From a virus, in the IMG/VR virus record IMGVR_UViG_3300027969_000052, positions 32,001 to 96,000 of that record: DNA of 64,000 nt, one strand, 5' to 3'. Below are positions 1 to 8,377 of the stretch, piece by piece (position 1 is the first letter of the stretch; the number at the start of each line of letters is the position of its first letter). The position numbers and the translations under genes are program-made. Under the pieces are notes generated by a model. That model did no database searches. It saw only the letters and a list, made by a program, of their open reading frames with translations, and was not told where the DNA came from.

Positions 1-2239
1 TTTTAACGTTGAATCCTGAACGACGTAAATTCCATAACCGTGTGCCACGTGGATATAGTGCTGGATTAGGAGCATCTGGATCAACATAATCGTACGATAA
101 TAGGGTTTGTATAGAATCTGCATTAACATCGTCGCCTGCACCGCTCCAACGAGCATCTGCAAATACCCAACCATTCGGACTAGTTTGATCTGCTACATCT
201 TGTTCTTCCCAACGTAATGTTACACCGTTGAATATATAGATATATTGTCCGTATTCGGAAATATTAGATGTTTTAATCCAGATATCGCCATTAACTAGTG
301 CTGTACCATCTGTTTGTGTTGTTGGCTCGCTGGCCGCAAGGATCGGGCCGGTTGGATTTGATGTTGGGAATGCATTTTTGTATCCCTTCCATGTAGTACC
401 GTTATGGTACATAATATCAACTTCGTCGATTACTGAACTGTACCATAATTGGCCATCTTCTGGAGATGTTGAAGGAGCACTAGAACTAGCAGTATACACT
501 AAAGGTTCCCAGTTACTGGCTTTAAAGTCATAACCGTCAACTTCTTTAGATCCTGCCGCATAGTAATTTTCACTGCCTGCCCAAGTATCTGTACCTGAAT
601 TATAAGCATACGCTGTAAATCCAGCCGCATTTAAAATTCCGCTATTATCGCCGAATTTAATTTCGCCACCTAATCTGTGATTAATACTAATTGTTCTGTC
701 ACCGTTAACTGATGCAGAAACGTTTGTAAATCCTGCGGCATTAATTTGTGTTACTAGTGCTTCAATAGTAGTTCCATTTAATGTGATGGACTTTTCGTTG
801 TCTAATAGATATTGATTAGCTAGGCTTTCTTTAATTGTTAATACAGCACCATTAGGTAAAACAGGTGCAACTGTTTTAACTTCGCTAGTAATAGTCGTTG
901 GACTAACTGCCGCACGTCGTTGGATACGGAAATCAACAAACTTAGAGTAGTTGCTACTAGTCGTTGCTGTACCGTTGCCATGATTAAAGTTTGCTTCTAC
1001 AAATAATGTACCTACAGCAATCTTTGTACCGCCCGTTTTGTCGATTCCATAGATCGCATCTTCTGCGGTAGCATAAATTGGTGCCGCTACTTGATTAAAT
1101 GCTTGTGCAGTTGCACTATATTGTTTTAATGTCCAGCTTGCACCGTCATTTGGGCTAGTTGTTTTAACATAAACAGATCCAGAAGGTTTTACGGAGTAAT
1201 CTGGGTATTGTGTATGTGGAGCAAGTGTTAACGCAGGTCCTGCGTATGTACTCGCCACTAGGCCTGCCGCGGCTAATGTAGACGCTGTACCTGTTAGAGT
1301 AATTTGACCAGGAGTTGCATCAACATACAACTCTAATTGATTCTGGCTATTAACCTTTGCACCAATGCCGCTAGTTCTTAAAGTACTATTGATGCTCTGT
1401 GCGATTGTTGCAACAGTCGAAGCTGTTGTAACTGCAATATTATTAGAGTTAATTGTAAGATTACCTGCCGCAGTTAAGAATGACGGACTTGTCGTTGTTC
1501 CTTTTACTGCTGGCCAGCTTGTTTGCCATGTAGTTGAAACAAAAGTAGAAACGTTTGCATTACTAGCAAAAGCAGTTTCACCAGATGATCCAACAGAAAC
1601 CCAAGTTCCGTCGCTATTCTTGTAGCTAGTTAGGTTGCGGTTACCTTTATCTGTTGTAATAACATATGATCCAACAGCGCCAAAACTTGATTTAAGTGTT
1701 ATGCCGTCGCCGTTTGTTGTATAAAGAGATGCATTAGAGTCGTCAATAATAGTAGGAACTTTATTTGTGAAAACTCCAGTAGCCTTGTTCCATTCAAAAA
1801 TACCGAATTTAGTATTTGAAGTGTCAAACCAGTAGCTTGAAGATGCTGGAGGACCATTTGGTACGCTGGCTTGCGGTACTAGTTGTGTTAGATCTATATC
1901 TGCTCTTACAACGTAGGCTTTTGAGCTCACACCTAACAATGAGTAAGCGGCTTGTAATCCGTATTCGTTTAATTCTCCGCCGTGAACTGGATTGTTGTTC
2001 ACGTCTCTGTAAAACTTTGGTGTTCCAAAAGTATCAGTTAAATCACGTTGACTTGTGATAGTCCATACTCTGCTCTTATAAGCACTAGTTGTTCCAGGTG
2101 CTGTACCTGTGCTAGATGCATTTGCTTTGTTGGCGCCAGTGGCAACGATAACTAGAGGCACAGTTCCCGGTGCCGCTGGAGTGTAAAAACTCTCGTTAAT
2201 AATGTTTACTGATACGCCTGGTGAATTTAATGTGGCCAT
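1..2239 (-). CDS. gp18: Tail sheath protein, 5' portion (runs off the window start; absent from the ORF track)
   Basis: ATG at 2239 gives MATLNSPGVSVNIINESFYTPAAPGTVPLVIVATG...ITSQRDLTDTFGTPKF...ELNEYGLQAAYSLLG, a typical sheath N-terminus (SPGV motif); GGGAG upstream. Confidence 0.9.
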   Translation of the reverse strand, partial: MATLNSPGVSVNIINESFYTPAAPGTVPLVIVATGANKANASSTGTAPGTTSAYKSRVWTITSQRDLTDTFGTPKFYRDVNNNPVHGGELNEYGLQAAYSLLGVSSKAYVVRADIDLTQLVPQASVPNGPPASSSYWFDTSNTKFGIFEWNKATGVFTNKVPTIIDDSNASLYTTNGDGITLKSSFGAVGSYVITTDKGNRNLTSYKNSDGTWVSVGSSGETAFASNANVSTFVSTTWQTSWPAVKGTTTSPSFLTAAGNLTINSNNIAVTTASTVATIAQSINSTLRTSGIGAKVNSQNQLELYVDATPGQITLTGTASTLAAAGLVASTYAGPALTLAPHTQYPDYSVKPSGSVYVKTTSPNDGASWTLKQYSATAQAFNQVAAPIYATAEDAIYGIDKTGGTKIAVGTLFVEANFNHGNGTATTSSNYSKFVDFRIQRRAAVSPTTITSEVKTVAPVLPNGAVLTIKESLANQYLLDNEKSITLNGTTIEALVTQINAAGFTNVSASVNGDRTISINHRLGGEIKFGDNSGILNAAGFTAYAYNSGTDTWAGSENYYAAGSKEVDGYDFKASNWEPLVYTASSSAPSTSPEDGQLWYSSVIDEVDIMYHNGTTWKGYKNAFPTSNPTGPILAASEPTTQTDGTALVNGDIWIKTSNISEYGQYIYIFNGVTLRWEEQDVADQTSPNGWVFADARWSGAGDDVNADSIQTLLSYDYVDPDAPNPALYPRGTRLWNLRRSGFNVK

Positions 2240-2277
2240 TCTTTCCATCTCCCATACAATGGTTTTTATTGTATCAG

Positions 2278-2314
2278 TATTTAGTGGTTGTTCCGGATTT
2301 CAGTAGGTTAAATA
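2278..2314. promoter_or_regulatory. Divergent late-promoter cores: TAAATA on - (2278-2283, sheath) and on + (2309-2314, HNH-like gene)
   Basis: Match to the core of the T4 late promoter TATAAATA; the same hexamer recurs upstream of many genes here. Confidence 0.65.
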
Positions 2315-2343
2315 CCTATGAAAAGGGCATAAAAAGGGCGGGT

Positions 2344-2682
2344 ATGATTAGAAGTTTGTGTAAAAAGTGTAACGAGAGACCTGTTGCTATCAATTACCGT
2401 AAAGAAGGTAGGATATTCTACAGAACTATGTGTGACCACTGTTCCAGAGGCCGACATATAGGAAAGTCTAAATGGGAGTTAGCCGGCTATAAGAAAAAAG
2501 ATACCTGCGACCGTTGTTCTTTTACTGGGAAATATCAAGAGCAATTTAACGTATACTACGTCGACGGGGACCCAAATAATTGTAAATTTGGAAACCTAAA
2601 AACAGTATGCGCTAATTGCCAGCGCATACTTCATAAACTCAAGCTACCTTGGAGACGGGGTGATCTTCGACCAGATTTTTAA
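2344..2682 (+). CDS. Zn-finger / degenerate HNH-fold protein (probable start ATG 2344)
   Basis: Four CxxC pairs; VYYVDGDPNNCKFGNLKTVCANCQRILH resembles the HNH motif without the catalytic His. Confidence 0.7.
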   Translation: MIRSLCKKCNERPVAINYRKEGRIFYRTMCDHCSRGRHIGKSKWELAGYKKKDTCDRCSFTGKYQEQFNVYYVDGDPNNCKFGNLKTVCANCQRILHKLKLPWRRGDLRPDF

Positions 2683-3295
2683 CTTGTTCAAACAGGTCAT
2701 CAATTGTAGTATTGTTATCTAACACGGCATCAAACTTAGTTCCTACCCAAGCAGTTTCACTTGCATGAATACCTAATTTTTCAAGTCTATTCCTGCTAGT
2801 TGCCCACGAGAAATTGCCAGCATCACCCTTGTTAGCATTAATAGCATCATCGTACCATTCGGGTTCCGGGCCACGGGAAACCCGTATTACAAGGCCTCCT
2901 GCGGCCTTAATTGATTTAATTTCGTTAGGAAAACGACAGTCACTAATAACAATATCATCTTTGCTGTTACGTAATTTGTTTTCTAAACTAGCGATCCAAA
3001 TATCATCGTGGAAGCTCTTACGACATACTTCTGTGCCCCAATGTTGTAGCACCCAACGTGGAGTCAGGGTAGGCATTTTTAAACGTTCTGCCCACCACGG
3101 ATCTACTTGTTCGCGCCATGCACGAGCTTGTGTAGTGCGTCCTTCTAGCATTGTACGATCCCAACCAAATACTTGGGCAACAGCATCTTTTAAACTGTTG
3201 GCAAAACTTTCTCGTCTAAAACCGTGGAAATTTGTTAGATAGTCAGCAATAGTATCTTTGCCGGACCCAATAAAACCGCACACACCAATAATCAT
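2639..3295 (-). CDS. Deoxynucleoside monophosphate kinase (T4 gp1-like)
   Basis: IIGVCGFIGSGKDT P-loop; FANSLKD, PRWVLQHWGTE and ISDCRFPNE motifs. Confidence 0.9.
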   Translation of the reverse strand: MIIGVCGFIGSGKDTIADYLTNFHGFRRESFANSLKDAVAQVFGWDRTMLEGRTTQARAWREQVDPWWAERLKMPTLTPRWVLQHWGTEVCRKSFHDDIWIASLENKLRNSKDDIVISDCRFPNEIKSIKAAGGLVIRVSRGPEPEWYDDAINANKGDAGNFSWATSRNRLEKLGIHASETAWVGTKFDAVLDNNTTIDDLFEQVKNLVEDHPVSKVA

Positions 3296-3317
3296 AGTAT
3301 CCCCTAACTGATACTTT

Positions 3318-3346
3318 ATTGTATTACAAAGTGATTACAAAGTCAA
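3318..3346 (-). promoter_or_regulatory. Sigma70-type promoter for the dNMP kinase gene
   Basis: TTGACT-17 nt-TACAAT on the - strand, 22 nt upstream of the ATG. Confidence 0.7.
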
Positions 3347-3348
3347 TG

Positions 3349-3735
3349 CTATTTGGATTTTTTGGATGTATTACGTGGATTCCAGTTCGATACTGGACTT
3401 TGAGTGTAGGTGTCGTCTAACTCTTTACTTTTTAGATCACCATTGTTTAAATCTTGGAAGTCTGCACCCACCGCGTTGGCCGCCTGTATAAACATTTGTT
3501 GTTCTAAAGGCGAAAATGGCTGTACTGTTTTCTTTTTACCGTGCCAACTTTTTGCGTCCATATCTAACGGCTTCTTTGATCCGTCAGCCATGGCCATTGC
3601 TTGCCCTAATTTAAATGAAACATAGTCTCCACTGATGTGCTCAATGTCGCCATATGTATTGATTCCGATGCTAGATTGCTGATCGTGCTTAGTAATCTTG
3701 CCTATCTTTCTTTCAAATAAATCACGTATTTTCAT
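3349..3735 (-). CDS. Hypothetical protein, possible internal head protein
   Basis: 128-aa ORF co-oriented with neighbours; N-terminus MKIRDLFE. Confidence 0.6.
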   Translation of the reverse strand: MKIRDLFERKIGKITKHDQQSSIGINTYGDIEHISGDYVSFKLGQAMAMADGSKKPLDMDAKSWHGKKKTVQPFSPLEQQMFIQAANAVGADFQDLNNGDLKSKELDDTYTQSPVSNWNPRNTSKKSK

Positions 3736-3744
3736 TTTTTTACC

Positions 3745-4509
3745 TTATGCCAGTGCTACCGGGTTCATTAGTTGACCAGTTACTAGGTTTTTCTTTTCCC
3801 AATGTAAATGGGGTCCAGTAGATCGGCCAGCTCCTGGATCACCTTTTTTGCCGCCGGTCAGCCCAACGACGTCGCCTTGGGAAACTTCTTGTCCTACTTT
3901 TACGTCGATATTAGAACAGTGACAGAATCTATGTTGTATTTTACCATTTGAAATTGCGATCGTGCCCCCGCATACAGGAGATTCAGGCGTTGCCTGCGTG
4001 ACCTTTCCCGATATTGGAGCCTTTATAGGTGTTCCTTTGCCTGCAGGAATATCTACACCGGCATGAGATTGAGGTTGACCTGTGACTGGATTGATTCGAT
4101 TACCGAAAGGACTACTTACAGAACCATTCACAGGTTTTATCTCCGGTGAGCTAGCAGAGGGGTTATTTGATGCGGGAGTAGTAATTGCGGGAGTAGTAGT
4201 TGCAGGAGTAGTAGTTGCAGGCTTTGGTAAATTAGCTACAGATGCCTGTGCTCGCTGTCTTGTAGGATCGTCAATGTTTGGATTAGGACCTGTTTTTACA
4301 GATCCAGCAACTGGTGGTTTACCTTTAAACTGTCCAGTAACTATATTATACAATGTATCCCCAGTTGCCACAGTATAAGTGTTCCCGCCTGGTAGAGTTA
4401 GTTGTTGTCCTACTTTAATTAAATTAGGATTTGCAATGCCATTAGCAGAGGCTACTTTTTTCACAAGCGACATAGCCGATTCTTCTTTGAGAAATTCTCT
4501 GGCTCTCAT
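3745..4509 (-). CDS. LysM + M23 peptidoglycan endopeptidase
   Basis: LysM-like ANGIANPNLIKVGQQLTLP and YTVATGDTL; P/T-rich linker; M23 zinc motifs HAGVD and TGPHLH. Confidence 0.88.
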   Translation of the reverse strand: MRAREFLKEESAMSLVKKVASANGIANPNLIKVGQQLTLPGGNTYTVATGDTLYNIVTGQFKGKPPVAGSVKTGPNPNIDDPTRQRAQASVANLPKPATTTPATTTPAITTPASNNPSASSPEIKPVNGSVSSPFGNRINPVTGQPQSHAGVDIPAGKGTPIKAPISGKVTQATPESPVCGGTIAISNGKIQHRFCHCSNIDVKVGQEVSQGDVVGLTGGKKGDPGAGRSTGPHLHWEKKNLVTGQLMNPVALA

Positions 4510-4510
4510 A

Positions 4511-5269
4511 TTAGCCTCTTACAAACCACATCGGAGTTTCTCCGCTAGCATAGTTTATTATGTCTTGTTCTAATTTTTCAATTGCGGCCGCACCTTCGGC
4601 TTTTAGCGCATCACCGTTAAGTTGCGTTCCTCCTTGAGGACCTGCGATTTGAGCAAATTTAGAACGTGCTTCGCCTAGTATCATTTTACATTGTGCGAGA
4701 GAATAATCTTTAATCCACAGGCCTGCAAAATTATCTTGTAATAGTGTAAATTCCGGACGACTGTTTGTTACCCATAATAACAATATTTCTTGTCCCCTAG
4801 GACGTTGTTGTATTGTTAACTTTTTTGATGTAGAATTAAAGTTAAACATGATATAACTACCAAACATTTTACCAACTAGCTTTTGGTAGCCTGCAAATAA
4901 TTCGTAAGTTGCTAAACCGCCCATATTACTAGAACTTAACAAATATGTGTTTGTATATGCTAAATTAAATGGTTCAAATAATGTGCCGCCATCACCGCCA
5001 CCTGTTCTAGAACCAATACTTCTACGAAATACTTCACGGACACTAGTAACTTCTGGTGCTAATGTATATTCGTTAACATCAGTATCAAGCGTAAGAAAAC
5101 AGTAGCTTTCTTCTACAGAATTGCTACTACGTTGACGGTATTTTGCTAGGGCGCGATCAATAGCTGTTTTATAATGTATAGGATCTAGTTCGACATCGAC
5201 CATGCCTTCGCCTAGCATTGCTTTACAATAATCAGTTATTTCCTTGCGGGCTGTTTGAATATCACTCAT
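4511..5269 (-). CDS. gp13: Neck / head-completion protein
   Basis: LGEGMVDVELD, WIKDYSLAQCKMILGEARSKF and GPQGGTQLNG motifs typical of gp13-like proteins. Confidence 0.85.
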   Translation of the reverse strand: MSDIQTARKEITDYCKAMLGEGMVDVELDPIHYKTAIDRALAKYRQRSSNSVEESYCFLTLDTDVNEYTLAPEVTSVREVFRRSIGSRTGGGDGGTLFEPFNLAYTNTYLLSSSNMGGLATYELFAGYQKLVGKMFGSYIMFNFNSTSKKLTIQQRPRGQEILLLWVTNSRPEFTLLQDNFAGLWIKDYSLAQCKMILGEARSKFAQIAGPQGGTQLNGDALKAEGAAAIEKLEQDIINYASGETPMWFVRG

Positions 5270-5274
5270 GCTTA

Positions 5275-5288
5275 TATTTAGTTAAATA
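5275..5288. promoter_or_regulatory. Back-to-back TAAATA late promoters for gp13 (-) and gp14 (+)
   Basis: TATTTA-GT-TAAATA within the 26-nt gap between two divergent ATGs (5269 and 5296). Confidence 0.75.
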
Positions 5289-5295
5289 CATTACT

Positions 5296-6507
5296 ATGCC
5301 AAGACTCTCTTTATACAAGCCAGAAAAAGGTGCCGATTTTAAGTTTATTGACCGCGTGATCAACGAACAATTTCAAGTGGGCGGAACTGATATTTACATA
5401 CACAAATATCTAGGGCCCGTTGCGCCTGAATCAGGGAGTGCGACTCCTGCACTTCCAAATAATACTAATCCTATACCAGAACTAGGTATTCAGGATCTAC
5501 TGTTTATGGAAAATAGAGATAGACATTATTCTCCGGATGTGTATATTTGTAGAGCAATTTATCAAATGCAGGACGTTGCTTTTAACCTAAGTCAATTTGG
5601 TATTTTTTTACAAAACGACACTATACTGTTACATGTGCATCTGCGTTCTAGTGTAGAAATGGTGGGCAGAAAACTAATGCCCGGTGATGTATTAGAATTA
5701 CCGCATTTAAAAGATGAATATGCATTAGATGATGCAATGGTCGCATTAAAAAGATTTTATGTTATAGAAGAAGTTACACGGGCCGCATCAGGATTTAGTC
5801 CTACTTGGTACCCGCATTTATTGCGATTAAAATGTGTACCAATGGTCGATAGTCAAGAGTTTAGCGAAATTCTTGATAAGAAAATTGTTAACCAAAGTAC
5901 GGGTCAAGAACTTGATACTACTATTAGAGATTTGATGTCGACTGCAAATAATCAACTGGCTGTAAATGAAGCGGTGATTGCACAAGCGGAAGCAGATGTT
6001 CCTAGAAGCGGCTACGATACAACTCCATTCTTTGTTTTACCACTAAACAACGAAGGCAAAGTTGATATCGAGGATGTTAGTGATACTAATGTAGACTTAA
6101 CACACGAAGGCGCAATAGATGCTAGTGTTATACTAAGGAGTCCTGAAAAAGACTTTTATGTGGGCTATTTGACCGACGACGGAACGCCGCCGAACGGTGC
6201 TCCCTATAGCTTCGGACTTGATTGGCCAAAAAGACCTGTCAAGGGGCAATTCCATTTAAGAACAGACTATTATCCTATGCGGTTGTTTAGATTTGATGGC
6301 GCACACTGGATTAAGTATGAAGATAATCTACGAATGGATATTACCAACAAGCCACTTGACGGTACCGCAACACATCCTAATTCAGAAACACGCCAAACTC
6401 AAATTACCGGATTTATTAATAATACAACAACTGCTACAATCGCTAATAAGGTTGTGGTACAGCGTCAAGCATTAAGTAAAGTACTACGTGCCAAGGCCGA
6501 CGAATAA
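5296..6507 (+). CDS. Neck / head-closure protein, gp14-like (start ATG 5296, MPRLSLYK)
   Basis: IQDLLFMENRDR, LSQFGIFL, PGDVLELPHL motifs; position between gp13 and gp15. Confidence 0.75.
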   Translation: MPRLSLYKPEKGADFKFIDRVINEQFQVGGTDIYIHKYLGPVAPESGSATPALPNNTNPIPELGIQDLLFMENRDRHYSPDVYICRAIYQMQDVAFNLSQFGIFLQNDTILLHVHLRSSVEMVGRKLMPGDVLELPHLKDEYALDDAMVALKRFYVIEEVTRAASGFSPTWYPHLLRLKCVPMVDSQEFSEILDKKIVNQSTGQELDTTIRDLMSTANNQLAVNEAVIAQAEADVPRSGYDTTPFFVLPLNNEGKVDIEDVSDTNVDLTHEGAIDASVILRSPEKDFYVGYLTDDGTPPNGAPYSFGLDWPKRPVKGQFHLRTDYYPMRLFRFDGAHWIKYEDNLRMDITNKPLDGTATHPNSETRQTQITGFINNTTTATIANKVVVQRQALSKVLRAKADE

Positions 6508-6518
6508 GGAGAATTAAA

Positions 6519-7955
6519 ATTCAACATTTTTATGATGGTCAAATAAGACGCTATCTAACACAATTCATGAGATTAATGAGTAGCTTTAGCTATAAAGATG
6601 CTAAGGGCAAACTTATTCAGGTTCCAGTTCGATACGGTGATACTAATCGTCAAGTTGCAAATATTCAACGCAAAAATAGTGAAAACACTATGCCGTCTGC
6701 TCCGATGATTTCTTGCTATATTAAAAATTTAAGTATCGCAAGATCAAGATTACAAGATCCTACTCATGTTAGTAAGGTGCATATTAAAGAACGAGATACT
6801 TGGGTTAATCCTGAAACAGGGCAAGAAGAATACATTAATACTATGGGAGAAAATTATACCGTAGAAAGATTAATGCCTGTGCCTTACGACTTAACATTTC
6901 AAGCAGATATATGGACAACTAATACAGATCAAAAATTACAAATTTTAGAACAATTATTAGTGTTGTTCCGTCCTAGCTTAGAACTACAAACTACCGACAA
7001 CTATTTAGATTGGACTAGTTTAAGTACTCTAGAACTTACAGACATGACTTGGACTAACAGACAAATTCCAGCCGGCACTGAACAAGATATTGACATTGCT
7101 ACTATGCAATTTTTAGCACCAGCATGGTTAACAACTCCTGCAAAAGTTAAACAAATGGGAATTGTTACAAGTATTATTACTTCAATCTTTGTAGAAGCTC
7201 CGGGAACAATTGAAGGCGGTGACTTTAAAAATATCGACTCAGTTAATTACTTTGAAGGAAGATCGCCCTCGAGTATACTAGCAACAACTATAGGAAATTA
7301 TAGTTTGTTGGTTGTAAACAATACCGCTAAACTTGTAGCACCGGGAGTACATGTATCTAATAGTACCGGAGAAGCTCCTGTAAAATATGGATCAGATGTA
7401 AACTGGTATAGAATTCTAGATTTATATCCTGGCAAATTTATTGCGGGATTGACTCAAATTAGACTCATGAAACCTAGTGGTGAAGAAATTAGTGCCCGTA
7501 TTAGTCTAGATCCATTAAATGAATCAATTATGCATTTAGATATAGATGCTGATACAATACCTGCTAACACTGAAGTTCCCCAGGGAAGTGGAAAAACATA
7601 CATAGATGCTATTATAGATCCTACTACATTTGTTCCATCCAATCCAACTAGCGGAATTAGATATCTAATATTAGAAGATATTAATACAGACCCAAATTTA
7701 GCAGTTGCATTAGGTCAAGGTACTGCGGCAACAGCATGGAAAAATAGTGACAATACATATCTAGTAGCAAACGCTAACGACATTATCACCTGGGACGGAA
7801 CTACCTGGTCCGTAATTTTCAGTTCGAAAAGTGTAAGTACGCTAACATATATAACTAACTTACGTACTGGAATACAGTACCTATGGGACGGTGAAATATG
7901 GAGCAAGAGCTTTGAAGGAGAATACGCTCCTGAAAACTGGCGTATTATAATATGA
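6519..7955 (+). CDS. gp15: Tail terminator / sheath stabiliser with C-terminal extension; likely ATT start at 6519
   Basis: (I/M)QHFYDGQIRRYLTQF...VPVRYGD...PVPYDL...QILEQLLVLFRP are gp15 motifs; AAGGAG lies 7 nt before the ATT. Confidence 0.8.
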   Translation: MQHFYDGQIRRYLTQFMRLMSSFSYKDAKGKLIQVPVRYGDTNRQVANIQRKNSENTMPSAPMISCYIKNLSIARSRLQDPTHVSKVHIKERDTWVNPETGQEEYINTMGENYTVERLMPVPYDLTFQADIWTTNTDQKLQILEQLLVLFRPSLELQTTDNYLDWTSLSTLELTDMTWTNRQIPAGTEQDIDIATMQFLAPAWLTTPAKVKQMGIVTSIITSIFVEAPGTIEGGDFKNIDSVNYFEGRSPSSILATTIGNYSLLVVNNTAKLVAPGVHVSNSTGEAPVKYGSDVNWYRILDLYPGKFIAGLTQIRLMKPSGEEISARISLDPLNESIMHLDIDADTIPANTEVPQGSGKTYIDAIIDPTTFVPSNPTSGIRYLILEDINTDPNLAVALGQGTAATAWKNSDNTYLVANANDIITWDGTTWSVIFSSKSVSTLTYITNLRTGIQYLWDGEIWSKSFEGEYAPENWRIII

Positions 7956-8377
7956 ATATAATTTGTAGTGGTGGAATATTTCTATCTAAAGATACAAAAA
8001 GGCTACTGTTCTTGCATCGTAACCAGGGAAAAACTGCCGGAACTTGGGGTATTGTTGGCGGAAAAAATGAACCAATGGATCAAGCACCCATTGACACTCT
8101 TCAAAGAGAAATTAAAGAAGAATTAGGATTTTTGCCGCAGATTGATAAATTCATTCCTTTAGAACAATACATTTCTAAGGATGAAGAATTTTATTATCAC
8201 ACTTATTTGTTGCTAGTAAAAGAAGAATTTATTCCTAAATTAAACAACGAACATAGTGGATATTGCTGGTGCGATTTAGATCACTGGCCGAAGCCATTGC
8301 ACAACGGCGTACGAGTAACTCTAAATAATAAAATTATAAGAGCTAAAATACAAACCGTAATTGATATCTTAGGTTAA
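7952..8377 (+). CDS. NUDIX hydrolase
   Basis: WGIVGGKNE...LQREIKEELG Nudix-box-like motif; LNNEH. Confidence 0.88.
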   Translation: MNIICSGGIFLSKDTKRLLFLHRNQGKTAGTWGIVGGKNEPMDQAPIDTLQREIKEELGFLPQIDKFIPLEQYISKDEEFYYHTYLLLVKEEFIPKLNNEHSGYCWCDLDHWPKPLHNGVRVTLNNKIIRAKIQTVIDILG

